Notes under the pieces: model-generated
The model's input: only the letters and a program-made list of their open reading frames with translations
What the model was told of the DNA's origin: nothing
Databases searched by the model: none
Program-made: the position numbers and the translations under genes
Part shown: in pieces, positions 1 to 11,190 of the stretch
How positions within the stretch are numbered: position 1 is the first letter of the stretch
Layout: the number at the start of each line of letters is the position of its first letter
Assembly: GCA_000004985.1 (NCBI GenBank)
Contig: GG738924.1
DNA length: 64,000 nucleotides
Source of the DNA: Naegleria gruberi
Taxonomy: Eukaryota
Direction: 5' to 3' (one strand)

Positions 1-1
1 T

Positions 2-1650
2 AATGGGAAAAGTTCAAAAGTGGAGGAAGAGAGTGAAATAGATGCAAGTTTACTTGATCAATTACCATTTGATATGAAATTTGAGATTATCTCTTTCATT
101 CCAACTTATTCGAAACAAGAACGAATTAAACTAGTCGAGAGAAATGTAAGAATAGCCTGTGAACTCTTGAAAATATGTGAGGATGAGTTTAATGATAAAT
201 ATTGTGATAAAACGTGTACTGCAATGCGTATTGAAAAGAGATTAAATCCAGATCGATTATATGAAATAGATAATGATTTTATCAGATTTGTGAAAATGAG
301 ATTGATTAATAAGGAGTTTGCCAAAATTATGAAGGAAAACATTATGAAATTGGATTTATTATATATTTATCGAGATGATATAGGAAGGAGACGATTGGTA
401 AGGACTAGTATTGAACTTGCAAGAAGAGATTATTTCAAAGACCCTTCACTTAATCCCATCTATTTTCTTTATTATTATTCACAGATAGAAAAACATGCCT
501 ATCCCTACTATGGTTATAATGATCTTAATATTGCATGTGCGCCATCTTTAGATAAACTGAGCAGGTTTGATTTTGCAGTATCATTCTATGAAAAGTTTGG
601 ATTGTCATCTAATGAAATATATTTGATGGAAAAAATAGATTTTTGTGTTAACAGGAAGGAACTAAAATTATATAGACCTACGTTCATCTTGGAAGAGTTT
701 AGAGCACTTTTGGGAGAAATTTTTCTTGCTCTAAATTAGAAATCTATTGCCTCTTTTTTGATACTAGAGTATCACAGTTTATTGTTGATGAATTAAGCAC
801 TCAAAGCTATATAATTACATTACACAAAAGAGATTTTTGCAAGAGAATACAAAGATTTATACAGACGGATGAAAATCCACCTATACAAATTAATCTATTT
901 GAGCTAGAAGAATATCATCCATTAATGGATCCTTATCCCATACAAAATAAGCTATTTTTCTGCATGGATTTATCGCAAACCAAACGAATGCTGGACTCAA
1001 TTTTAAATAATAATCATAGCTTAATTTTGGACACTACATTCCATCCTTCTCACCTAAACGAATACTTTTCAAAACTTTGTCAACACCAGTCAGGAGGAAA
1101 ATTTAATGCTCATCCTTGTGAAAGGGAGACCACTACTGACTATGAATTCATTGATGTAATTCGAAACTCTAACTATTCTATTGAACACATGATGCACGAA
1201 ACTTTGAGTCTGATTACTTTGGATCCAAAGTTACGGAGCTATTTTTATAGACCTTACATTACATTTTCAGGACCTTCTTTATTATTTGCCAATCATTATT
1301 CAGCTGGTTGTGAAATTGCTTTCCAATACATGGAAGAGCCTGAACTTTCTTATCGAGACCAAAATGGGTTAACTGTACTGCACTACATTGCAGAGAATTT
1401 TTTGGAGATTAAGCAACAGAAAATTTTAACAGAAAAATTAGTCAAATATCCCCATTTATTGAATATTTGTGATAATAGGGGAAGAGTTCCAACTGATATT
1501 TTTATGCCACCATTTGCAACAAATTTTTTACGTAACTATATTGAAGAAAATGAAATTACAATTGAACGAAGGTACATACCATTTAACCCCTTCGAGTTAC
1601 CTTCAAAGAAACAAAAACGAATTGATTCATATTTTAAGAAGAAACAATAA
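2..1650 (+). CDS. Hypothetical F-box-like / ankyrin-like protein, 5' partial (open from window start). Track ORFs 20..739 and 925..1650 are probably one gene joined by a 71-nt intron 697..767.
   Basis: The frame of ORF 20 is open back to position 2, and the track's 'M' at 20 is GTG. An LLDQLPFDMKFEIISFIP F-box-like motif is present. The reading frame of ORF 925 is open for 74 codons upstream to 703, which is unlikely by chance in AT-rich DNA. A GT at 697 and a T-rich tract before TAG at 765-767 join the two frames in phase (...FILEE|VSQFIVDEL...). Ankyrin-like NGLTVLHYIA / DNRGRVPTDIF follow downstream. The joined reading ends in TAA. Confidence 0.4.
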
Positions 1651-1915
1651 AAGCATAGCTTATAATTCGTTTGGCATTATCCAGTTTGTAATCTCATTAT
1701 TGTAAACCTTTACACAAAATGCAATCAACCACTGTTGAGGAAATATCCAGCATGATTAATTTCTATTCAAAAGTTGGAAATTCAGCTTTCCATAATCACC
1801 TACAATGCAGAGATCGAAACATTGGCCTTCCACTGAGATTGTGAAATAGTTTAATTTATTTTGTTATTAATATTTCTCACGTGTTACTGAGAGTGTGTAA
1901 GTAAATGCCATTAAT

Positions 1916-2881
1916 TTACAAGGATGGTTTAACGATTGGCTTTGATGACTTTTTACATGTCTTTCTCTTGATACAAATCTTCTTCTTGATTGACTTGCAA
2001 CACTTCTTCTTTCCACCAACTAATTTGAATTTCTTACAAATCTTCTTTCCCTTTGAACGTTTCAAACACTTCTTATAATACTTCTTCTTGATACATCTTG
2101 GTGGAATGATAATTGACTTGGCACAATACTTCTTCTTGTTATATTTCACACATTTGGAAATAGTCTTCTTGTGCTTACAGAACTTGATGGTCTTATGTTT
2201 GGCACAGAAGAATTTCTTCTTAATGAGACAACATTTCTTAATGGATTTTCTCTCCTTACAATATTTAACCTTCTTATACTTGGCACATTTCTTTGCCCAT
2301 GAAACAATCTTGCACTTTTTAACATATCTACATTTGGCAACCTTCTTATTATAGGAATCAACAGTGTACTTATCACAGACTTTCTTCTTTTCACACTTCT
2401 TGATTGGAACCTTCTTGAATTTCTTACAGACCTTCTTATATCCCTTCTTGACGCACTTGTTGACAATCTTGTACTTGGCACAGAATTTCTTGAAACCCTT
2501 CTTGATACAAATCTTCTTAGTTCCATAAGAATCACAAACCTTCCAATACTTCTTCTTGGCACATCCAACAGTCTTGTATGCATGTAAGACACACTTCTTT
2601 GTTGCCTTACTGTACTTGTCACATTTGGAATATTTCTTATGTTTGAGACATTTTCCAGCACCGACAATTGCATATTGATCACAGACCTTCTTTTGACCGA
2701 CGAGTTTGTGTTTTAAACACTTCTTAATCCACTTGTGCTTTAAACATTTTCTCTTACAAATTCTTGGTTTGTGATACTTGTCAACAACTGGAGGTTTGGT
2801 TTGATAGCTGTCACTTGCTTGAACTGAGAGGACTGCAAGCAAGAGTAGAATTGCAATTGAAAAGATTAGATTTGTTTTCAT
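1916..2881 (-). CDS. Secreted, extremely basic Lys/Cys-rich repetitive protein (about 320 aa, roughly 40 Cys and 100 Lys)
   Basis: N-terminal MKTNLIFSIAILLLLAVLSVQA looks like a signal peptide. The rest is quasi-periodic (about 10-12 aa) K-K-C-x-K-x-Y-K-K-V units with no recognisable globular domain. The RS-rich antisense ORF 2146..2682 is an artifact of the repeat. Ends in TAA. Confidence 0.6.
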   Translation of the reverse strand: MKTNLIFSIAILLLLAVLSVQASDSYQTKPPVVDKYHKPRICKRKCLKHKWIKKCLKHKLVGQKKVCDQYAIVGAGKCLKHKKYSKCDKYSKATKKCVLHAYKTVGCAKKKYWKVCDSYGTKKICIKKGFKKFCAKYKIVNKCVKKGYKKVCKKFKKVPIKKCEKKKVCDKYTVDSYNKKVAKCRYVKKCKIVSWAKKCAKYKKVKYCKERKSIKKCCLIKKKFFCAKHKTIKFCKHKKTISKCVKYNKKKYCAKSIIIPPRCIKKKYYKKCLKRSKGKKICKKFKLVGGKKKCCKSIKKKICIKRKTCKKSSKPIVKPSL

Positions 2882-3119
2882 TTTTTTTTGTTGGATAGTA
2901 AAGTTCAAACACATGGTGCTAATTTAAACCATTTCGAATAGTTTTTCATTTGGAACAAACTCAAAAAGTTAGATGTAAGGTTCCAAATTTGGATGGAAAT
3001 CTGATTTCCCCTAATGAAACCTTCACTGATTCAATCTACTTAATATCAACTCATATTTCAAATTTAAATAATGTTATATGATTCGTACATTACAATTAAT
3101 TCAAGTTCTTCTTTCACAT

Positions 3120-5663
3120 TCAAGGTTTAATGAGACCTTCTTTTGTGTTTCTATTGAATGAGTAATTCATTAAAAATCTTTCAGTTCTAAGTTTCCTGCA
3201 AGATGGACAAAAAACATCACGGTCATCGGTATCAGTAGATTCTTTACCATTCCATCGTTTGCTGCTAATTATTTCGGCCAATGTTGGAGAATAGAGATAG
3301 GTTAAGCACTTGTCACATTTGGCTATACAGTACTTTCTTGCCAAATGCCTGTCAGAGTATTTCTCCTTTACAAAATCATGGTTTTCTGCTAAAATCTGAA
3401 ACAGTTCTGAAGGTCTATCAATAAAGATGTACTCATCTGTTGTCATAATATTTTCAACTCTTTCTGCATGTTGAATCTCATCAGATTTTAGATTTTTCAT
3501 AAAATCTTCCACATTTTCCGAGTGTTTGAATGGTGTGGTAAGAATAAAATCGAATATAAAGCAGTGATGATTCCTTGATAGGTGTCTACGAAGTTTCCAC
3601 AATGCAGCGCTCAATCCAATACTCTTACATAGGTCAATAAAATAATAATCCACATTTCTCAATACTAAAGGATACAAGTATTCAGAAGCATCCAAATCTA
3701 TAGAACTACTAGGGTCAGTAGTATGCGTTGATTGAACATGCAAGTTAGATGAAGGATGAAACCTATAATATCCAGATTCATAATTCGAGAGATAATTTTT
3801 AAGAGTATGCAATCGGTGGCTTTCAACAATAAAATCACAATGCATGGCATGCAGCAAAGGATGGTCATATTTCAGTACGAATGTGTGAAAACCTCTAGTT
3901 CCATATTTCCATGCCCGCCTATTATTGATTTCTGAGTTTCCGGTTTCTTTAGAAAGAAAATTTATCTTATACTTGAGGGATCTTAAACATTCTAAAACAG
4001 TAAATACTTGTGATCCATCATAGGCAAGTTTGCAGCAATCCAAGTCAAAAAATAAAAGTAACTCCTCAATAGAATCATATTTCAATAAAACTATTTGAAT
4101 ATTTTGGTTGCTTTCCACTCTGTAACCATCCTTTAGACTCATTCTAGGACGTTTTTGACAAATATTAATTGTTGTCTTGGAGCTCATTATGTTATAATCA
4201 AATTTGGTAGATTTCTTCTCAAACATTAGCATTACGTGTTTAATTGCTTGATTAATCACATCATTTGACTCGCCATTATTAATGATGAAAATATCAATAT
4301 CTTGACATCCACAACCAGTTAATGTGTGAAGGAGTGATCCTCCTGAAACAACAAAGCGTTCCTTTGTTTTGGTTGTTCTATTGTACTGAAAGATGCAATC
4401 ATAAATAAGGACTCTTGCTAGTTCATTAAGGAAATGGTTCTTGAATCTTTCTTCGAAATTAGAAAATGTCATCTTGTGAGGATGTTTGAAAAATCTCACC
4501 AATCTCTCCAAGTAAATAGAATAAAGGTCTGGATTTGGTTTGTCTACATATGTGTGATAATCAATTTGTGAATGGCTACCTAATTCACTTTGTTGATTGT
4601 AAAGATCTGGAGTAATTACACGATCCAACTTCCATATTTTGTCCAAATCTGTATAATACTGCCTGGTCATTCCTTTCACACATCTTCTCCTTACAAATTG
4701 ATCAAACGTGAGATAGTATCCATCTTTCTGTGGAAAGAGTCCATAAGGAAAGACAGGAAGACTTTCATTTGACAACTTTTGAATTTCATCATCTGGCAAA
4801 CTATTTAAAGAGGCCATTTTCAAATCAGCAGTATCATTAATTTCCTTAATTTCTGGATCATCCGCTTGATAAACGGTTGAAAACTTTTTCTGATCATGAA
4901 AATAACTCAAAGGCCACGATACTGAACTTCTCGTTCGGAAATATTGATCATAGGTCAACATGACTTTCTCTCCACCACTAGCCAAACTATCCGAAAACAA
5001 ATCAAACGCTCTACTCAACTCTCCAATCTTCCTCTTTCCATTCAAAATATCCAAACGAAGCCTCTCAACACTCTGACCATAAATCTCATCAAACAATTGA
5101 TAAACATCTCGGCATGTACATATAAAATTGAAAAGGCTCTTCGTATCCATATAAAACATCCAATCTAACATTATTTCATTTGGAATTTGCTTGATTAAAT
5201 TATGATCAGGTATTACTTCATAATGAATTTCTCCCCAATCAATATTAATAATATTATTATCATCACCATCATCCTCATCACAATTATTCATTAAATAATT
5301 AGTATCGGAATCGATATATCTTTCTTCATCCTCTTCATGTTTACGTATCAGACCTCCATTGGAAAATATCTTTCCATCTTCAATAATCATTGCCACCTCA
5401 TCAGTACTCGATTTAATTGTATAAATATTGTTGTTGTTGTTGGGTGAGAAAATGTTTGGATTAAATTCATTTTGGATTTTTTCTTGGCGGGAAATTCCAG
5501 AAGAGGAAGCAATCGTAGTGGATTTTTTTTCATGATCCTGAATTTCCTCCCAATCAATAATGAGATCATCATTGTCATCATCACTGATAACGATTACCTG
5601 ATTGTCAGGGGTCTTTTTGGTTGGGCGGGAAGAGGGTGAATCTGAATCAAACTTTCGTTTCAT
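3120..5663 (-). CDS. Large (847 aa) protein with an F-box-like segment, a Pol-beta-type nucleotidyltransferase signature and a C-terminal CxxC...CxxC zinc-ribbon-like tail
   Basis: Single long ORF ending in TGA. N-terminal acidic low-complexity region followed by IMLDWMFYMDTKSLFNFICTCRDVYQLF (F-box-like). The central VSGGSLLHTLTGCGCQDIDIFI matches hG[GS]-x11-DhDh, with FFDLDCC about 85 aa downstream as a candidate third carboxylate. C-terminal CIAKCDKC...CPSCRKL. Confidence 0.6.
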   Translation of the reverse strand: MKRKFDSDSPSSRPTKKTPDNQVIVISDDDNDDLIIDWEEIQDHEKKSTTIASSSGISRQEKIQNEFNPNIFSPNNNNNIYTIKSSTDEVAMIIEDGKIFSNGGLIRKHEEDEERYIDSDTNYLMNNCDEDDGDDNNIINIDWGEIHYEVIPDHNLIKQIPNEIMLDWMFYMDTKSLFNFICTCRDVYQLFDEIYGQSVERLRLDILNGKRKIGELSRAFDLFSDSLASGGEKVMLTYDQYFRTRSSVSWPLSYFHDQKKFSTVYQADDPEIKEINDTADLKMASLNSLPDDEIQKLSNESLPVFPYGLFPQKDGYYLTFDQFVRRRCVKGMTRQYYTDLDKIWKLDRVITPDLYNQQSELGSHSQIDYHTYVDKPNPDLYSIYLERLVRFFKHPHKMTFSNFEERFKNHFLNELARVLIYDCIFQYNRTTKTKERFVVSGGSLLHTLTGCGCQDIDIFIINNGESNDVINQAIKHVMLMFEKKSTKFDYNIMSSKTTINICQKRPRMSLKDGYRVESNQNIQIVLLKYDSIEELLLFFDLDCCKLAYDGSQVFTVLECLRSLKYKINFLSKETGNSEINNRRAWKYGTRGFHTFVLKYDHPLLHAMHCDFIVESHRLHTLKNYLSNYESGYYRFHPSSNLHVQSTHTTDPSSSIDLDASEYLYPLVLRNVDYYFIDLCKSIGLSAALWKLRRHLSRNHHCFIFDFILTTPFKHSENVEDFMKNLKSDEIQHAERVENIMTTDEYIFIDRPSELFQILAENHDFVKEKYSDRHLARKYCIAKCDKCLTYLYSPTLAEIISSKRWNGKESTDTDDRDVFCPSCRKLRTERFLMNYSFNRNTKEGLIKP

Positions 5664-5783
5664 TTTTTTTGATTTTATTTCACTTCTAGTTTGTGCACGA
5701 ATTTAGTATTTGAAAGATGATTCAATACTATTTGATATTTGAAATAAAGATATTGAGTTATTTGTTTCATCTTTCCTTTAAAG

Positions 5784-6705
5784 TTATTCGAATTGTTCGA
5801 GCCACATCAAGTGACAACCATCATTCTTTGGATTTTTAAAAGTAATTTGTTCGAATGGTTTGTATAATTCACCAGTTTCCAAATGATTAGTTTCGTATTC
5901 TGAATATTTTACAACAGCTTTTGAGACAAAGTTATGTTGTTCCTTAATTGATTTTGAAGTGTGACTTGTGCACTCTGCAACGGCTCCCTTAAATCCCAAC
6001 ACATTTTTAGCATAATCAAAATGAATTTTGGTCAATTGTGAAGCAATTCCTTTTCCTCTATTTTCAATTTAGTCAAAAATTATGGAATATTTCAATAATT
6101 TAAAGTCAATCAATTTACACACCTATACTCTGCATAAACACTTGTGCAATTCAAGTGAAGAATCTTTCCAAAACTTTCAGAATTTTTAATTTCCTTCTCA
6201 CGTTCAGGATTTGCATGGAAGAATTTTTCATGTAACAATTCCAAAACTTTAATCACTCTTCCAATTTTCTTATTTTCCATCAATTTTTCTGGAATAGTTG
6301 CAAAAAAGCTTTTGGCATAGTCTTCACTGATGATTACACCAATTAATTTTCTATTCATTTTCATTAATTTTTCATTAATTTAAATAAATATTCACCAATT
6401 ATATTATTATTTTAAAAAATTAATTTTAATATTATTAAACACCTCGGAATAAATATAACAAACAAGCAATACACTTACCCAGTAGCTGTATCGATAGCTA
6501 CATGTCCCAATCTCTGCTCACAAGCCACACCTGCAAAATAAACCTCAAAATCCAAGTAATCATCAGGAACATGTCCCAACGCTACTCCCATTGGTTCCGA
6601 TGTACCAAAAGTATAGGCAAGACATTGAACGGCTTCATCCAAATACTCTGCAGTTAACAGTTGATATTGGATAGCATCAATAACAGTAGAATCTTGTGAT
6701 GACAT
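5784..6705 (-). CDS. GNAT-family N-acetyltransferase, 3 exons (about 6705..6479, 6350..6125, 6057..5784)
   Basis: Three consecutive minus-strand ORFs. Intron 1 runs 6478..6351 (GTAAGT...ATAG, 128 nt, the stop TAA lies inside GTAAGT). Intron 2 runs 6124..6058 (GTGTGT...AATAG, 67 nt). The splice restores the acetyl-CoA motif RGKGIASQL across the exon 2/3 junction. C-terminal HLMWLEQFE. Ends in TAA. Confidence 0.6.
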
Positions 6706-6982
6706 TTTTTTAATAGTGGTTGATAAATCTTCACAGTTGTTTGCACAATATTCTGAAACATCGATTCTCTTCTATTGGCAATGTTCCACTCTTAAGTTAG
6801 TCAACTTGTATTACAAATTTTATTGAGTTATTAGTAATGTTAAAGGAAAACAATGAAGAAAAACCTTAAAGATTACTCAGAATCTTAACACATGTTGACT
6901 TTGCTTCTCTCTTGGTACTATCCTTCAAAATCCACTTTCTTCCTAATTCACATCCGTGTGAATAAGATGTAATTTAAAAAAA

Positions 6983-7936
6983 ATGCAAAAAGATATTTCT
7001 CCTGATCAATTTCGTAGATTGGTTCGGAATGGACAGTTTGAGCATGGTACATCATCAGGATATTGTGAAGGTTGGTTGAATTTTATTGGATGATGGAGTG
7101 GACTATTGAGAATTTTAATAATTATTTTGATGATATGATTAAAGGCTTTATTCAGGCCAATTTGGTCATTCTGCCTTCGGAATATGCAACAGAATTTGAA
7201 GAATTTTGTAAGCTAAATCATCAGCCATGTCCAGTATTGGAGACTCTCAAACCAGGATGTATAAAACCAGAGAAATTAGTATTGAATGAAAATGAATGTG
7301 ATATTAGGAAGGATATTCCAAAATATAGAGTTTTTAAAAAAGGAAAATTGATTGAAGAAACACGTGATGTTACAAAATATTGGAGGGATGATCTGGTAAC
7401 TTTTCTGATTGGATGCAGTTTTTCGTTTGAGAAGGCACTTCAAGCTCATGGAATTGAAATTAGAAATATTACAGAGAAGAGAAATGTATCCATGTACAAG
7501 ACAAATATATTATGCAAGACACAACCAAACTTTAAATATTTGAATCAATCAATTCCAATGGTTGTTTCCATGAGACCTGTAAAACCAGACCAAGTAGAAC
7601 TTGCCAAAGCAATTACTGAACAATTCACAACAACTCACGGAGGACCAATTCATTGTGGAGATCCTAAAGAGATTGGTATTGAGGATTTGAGTAAGGTTGA
7701 CTTTGGAGATTCAGTTACAGTGCATCAAGATGAGATTCCTTGTTTTTGGGCATGTAAGTTTTTAATGATAATGTGAAATTGTTTTTTACATTAATTTAGG
7801 TGGTGTTACAAGCTCAATGGCAGCACTTGCTATTGAGTCAGACATTTGCATTACTCATGCTCCTGGAAATATGTTCATTTCTGACATTAGAGAGCCAATA
7901 ATTTCCCTTAATAAAATTGGAAATGACCGAAAGTAA
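6983..7936 (+). CDS. DUF1445 / D-glutamate-cyclase-like (UPF0317) protein, 3 exons (6983..7070, 7145..7753, 7800..7936)
   Basis: Intron 1 is 7071..7144 (GTTGGT...AAAG, 74 nt). The splice creates TSSGYCEG|FIQANLVILP, matching the family motif TSG..GY.QANLV.LP. Intron 2 is 7754..7799 (GTAAGT...TTTAG, 46 nt). After it, AC|GVTSSMAALAIESDICITHAPGNMFISD continues to TAA at 7934-7936. Confidence 0.65.
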
Positions 7937-8094
7937 AATAAAACAAAATCAATTAACATGTGCACTAACATGTTCTTAAACGCATCCTTGAATACGCATA
8001 CTTCACAGAACTTTTTCGAACTAAACATTACAAGATTCTTATTTGCTCCAATTTTCACATTGTTCGAAAATAACAAAAAACAATCATAAAAAAA

Positions 8095-9909
8095 ATGCAC
8101 AACTTATCTCTGGATGAACTTTTCTGTGTGATGGAGTATTTACCACTCCATGATTTATCAAATGCTCTTCTTGTTTGCAAGGAATGGCACTCTCTGGATC
8201 AATATGAACCATTCTGGAAGATGATTCTTCATCATCATTTAAATGGAAAATTAATTTTATTATTTGATCGAATGGCTTCGAATCATCTTTGGAATATTGG
8301 AAAGGTGAAGGAAACTCTGAAGGGAAATGATGTGAAGAGTAAATATTCACTGTTGAGAGCTTTGAAATCGTGTAAATTGAAGGAAACGACAATTAATTAT
8401 CAAATTGATAAGGCATTGATGAATTCTGTTTGTTTCTCGTATGAGAGTCATATTTTGAAAGATAGAACTGCTTCGAGGGAATCCTTGGGAAGGTTTAGTA
8501 GATTGGAGGAGAGTGAGTTGCAGGAAGTGGAGGAAGTGGAGGATAGGTCATCAATGATTGGAAAACGATTCAAGTATTTGATGGAACGACAATTATTTTC
8601 AAATATTGCAATTACCATCTCAACATTTTTCAATTCGATTCATTATAATAAGCAAATTGGATTTAAGGAATTTTTCAATGTCTTTATGAATGGAGAGGTA
8701 GAGCTCGAGTCTAAACCCAATGAAGATATGTACAAATTACGAATTGAAGTGTTTACTCTATTTTTAAAGAACTATCAAAGACTAGATAATGCAAGCAAAT
8801 ATTGGGAACAAATATTGAATTGTTGTCTTTATGAAATGGCAAAACAGTGTCAAGTTCAGGATTGTGAAAAATTATTGAAGAAAATTATCAATTCTGATGT
8901 TGTGTGTCCTCTTTCCAATACAATGCTTGGATGTGTGTTTAAAGACTTTGAGTATTATGAAGGTATTCTTCCTATAATTACTCAATTGTTTCAAAAGATG
9001 AAAACATATTACGAAATGCCAACATTTTCTGGTAATTTTAATTTTAATTATCGTGATGGCATTTCAAAGGCCAATGATATTGTGAAAAGATTAAGATATT
9101 TGGAAAACTTCAAATCTGAACAAGAGATAATTGAGCAATATATGGTCGATTTGTTTCGAATTTGTACTAGTTTGATTTCTACAGATGACCAGAACAATTT
9201 TATAGACGAAATTTTGAGAGTGTACCCTTCTATGGATCTACTCAAGTTCCCTTTTAAAGAAGGTTTCTTTGTAGTTGACAAGGTTATTGAAGTTGCCAAC
9301 AGAAAAGGCATTCAGTATCCATTCGAAAGTATTCAACAGGCGCTCACTGAAGGTACATCCCTAACAGACACAGCCTCAATAATTCGCTACATTAGAGATC
9401 ACTTTAAAATGGACATTTATGAGATTCAGAAAAGAACTCAATTCTTCATCAATTTTTTATGGCAACAAATTAACTCTTACCAAACATTTGATCATTTAAA
9501 AGAAGGATTCAATGGTGTATTCTTGCCCTCAGAATTTCCAATTGACTTGAATAGATTATTAGAGGTTACAGAAAACCCTGATTCGATTTGGAGAAGATTT
9601 AAATCTTTAGTCAACTTTTCATTTGATGGAACAGATGGTTTGCTGTATTTGAATGAAATATTCACGCCAACTATTTTCAATGTGGAAACTCTCTCTGCTT
9701 GTGTTAATAACTGTTATGATTCTGATATTCGTCAAGTACTTTACAATATCACCATGTTTGACGAGAATGAGAAATTAAGTGACCATGTTGAAAAGATGCT
9801 GCAAGAGAAAGATTGGTCCGATTTCACAGATACAGATCATGGCCAATATCCAATTTCAGATCCAAAGCATTTGATTGCTCTCTATAGAATGTGCATGCAT
9901 GATGATTGA
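8095..9909 (+). CDS. F-box domain protein (604 aa)
   Basis: N-terminal LSLDELFCVMEYLPLHDLSNALLVCKEWHSLD is a clear F-box. A-rich context before the ATG, single exon, ends in TGA. Confidence 0.6.
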   Translation: MHNLSLDELFCVMEYLPLHDLSNALLVCKEWHSLDQYEPFWKMILHHHLNGKLILLFDRMASNHLWNIGKVKETLKGNDVKSKYSLLRALKSCKLKETTINYQIDKALMNSVCFSYESHILKDRTASRESLGRFSRLEESELQEVEEVEDRSSMIGKRFKYLMERQLFSNIAITISTFFNSIHYNKQIGFKEFFNVFMNGEVELESKPNEDMYKLRIEVFTLFLKNYQRLDNASKYWEQILNCCLYEMAKQCQVQDCEKLLKKIINSDVVCPLSNTMLGCVFKDFEYYEGILPIITQLFQKMKTYYEMPTFSGNFNFNYRDGISKANDIVKRLRYLENFKSEQEIIEQYMVDLFRICTSLISTDDQNNFIDEILRVYPSMDLLKFPFKEGFFVVDKVIEVANRKGIQYPFESIQQALTEGTSLTDTASIIRYIRDHFKMDIYEIQKRTQFFINFLWQQINSYQTFDHLKEGFNGVFLPSEFPIDLNRLLEVTENPDSIWRRFKSLVNFSFDGTDGLLYLNEIFTPTIFNVETLSACVNNCYDSDIRQVLYNITMFDENEKLSDHVEKMLQEKDWSDFTDTDHGQYPISDPKHLIALYRMCMHDD

Positions 9910-11190
9910 GCATTTTCAATTATTATCCTAAATAGTTTCCACTCTTTGGAAATTGTTGAGTTCAAATTGAAAGAGATCGGATTGCTACACTGCATTTCTT
10001 TTTATTTTTTTCATGATCTTTTTAAATATTTAATAATTATTGTAAAGTATTAAATAATTATTACAATATTTTTTGTATACACGCAAAGTTCAAGATGAAC
10101 TCTAGAGATAATCACACATATTCATAGATCTTTTTCAAATAGAAAATTCCACTCTAGTCAACTCTTTCCTGATTTTGATTCGTCTTGACTTTTTCAAGAT
10201 TTACTCGAATTGTCTTCCTTAGATTTTGTAAACTTTTTCAAGGCATTAGCTATTAATGTTTGGAATCAATCTGTCAAGTGTTGAGCAAAAATGTAACAAA
10301 AAATCGAGGTTTGTAGTTTTTCTATTTAAAAGTTCAGTTTCAAATAGACTAAGGGTGAAATATGAATCGGTTTGTTTCGAATACAACACCATGAAATTGC
10401 GCAAGGAAACAAGTTTTTGTCAATCAGCTACATAACGGTCCAAGAAATCTCTGTCAAAATTATAAAGATATCTTGCATGTTGGTGAATTGAAAAAAAAGC
10501 AATTATTCTAACTGCTTTCTTGTAGACGAAATATTGTACGAAAGTCAATAGGACAACTTTCTCTGAAGAACGAACAACAAGTAGTAACTGCACCACCAGA
10601 CAATTACCTCAATATCGCTCACAGACAGATTCAACCAACTCAAAGCACCATTGTCCAAACACTACCTTTCTAACAAATTTGATACTATCAGAAACTTTAG
10701 AAATCCAATTGTAAAAATAGATCCCACTATCATTCCAAATCATACACAACCCTCTTTCTAATCTGTCCAAACAAATTACTCATTTGTAGTCGGGTGTATC
10801 TTTTTCAAAATTTAGTAAGTAACGAATAACAATTAAAATATCAGAAAACCTCAACTAAGTAGCTATATATACAATACGCAACGAATACTTGCTGTAAAAC
10901 AACACAACAACAACACACAACTACTTACTACCTCAATATTGTTTTGTTGTTGTTTGAGATCTCGCTTTGTTACTATATTAATAGAATCTTTGCTTTGAAA
11001 AAAAAACAAGCAACATCAAACACTTGCGAATTCATCACATACAACGCAGAGAGTTTTTCAATATAAAGAAAATATACACCACTTTGAAAGTATTCTCTCT
11101 TCCCGCCCGCAGATTTTGTGTTACTAATTACTCAATAAGAATAATAATAATTGTATCCTTTGAATTTTCATTTAAATCAGAATAGAAAGA

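Noticed and set aside
2146-2682. 178-aa Arg/Ser-rich ORF on the plus strand
   Set aside because: It is antisense to the Lys/Cys-rich repeat gene. AAG/AAA/TGT repeats read as CTT/TCT/ACA-type Arg/Ser codons on the other strand, and there is no start context.
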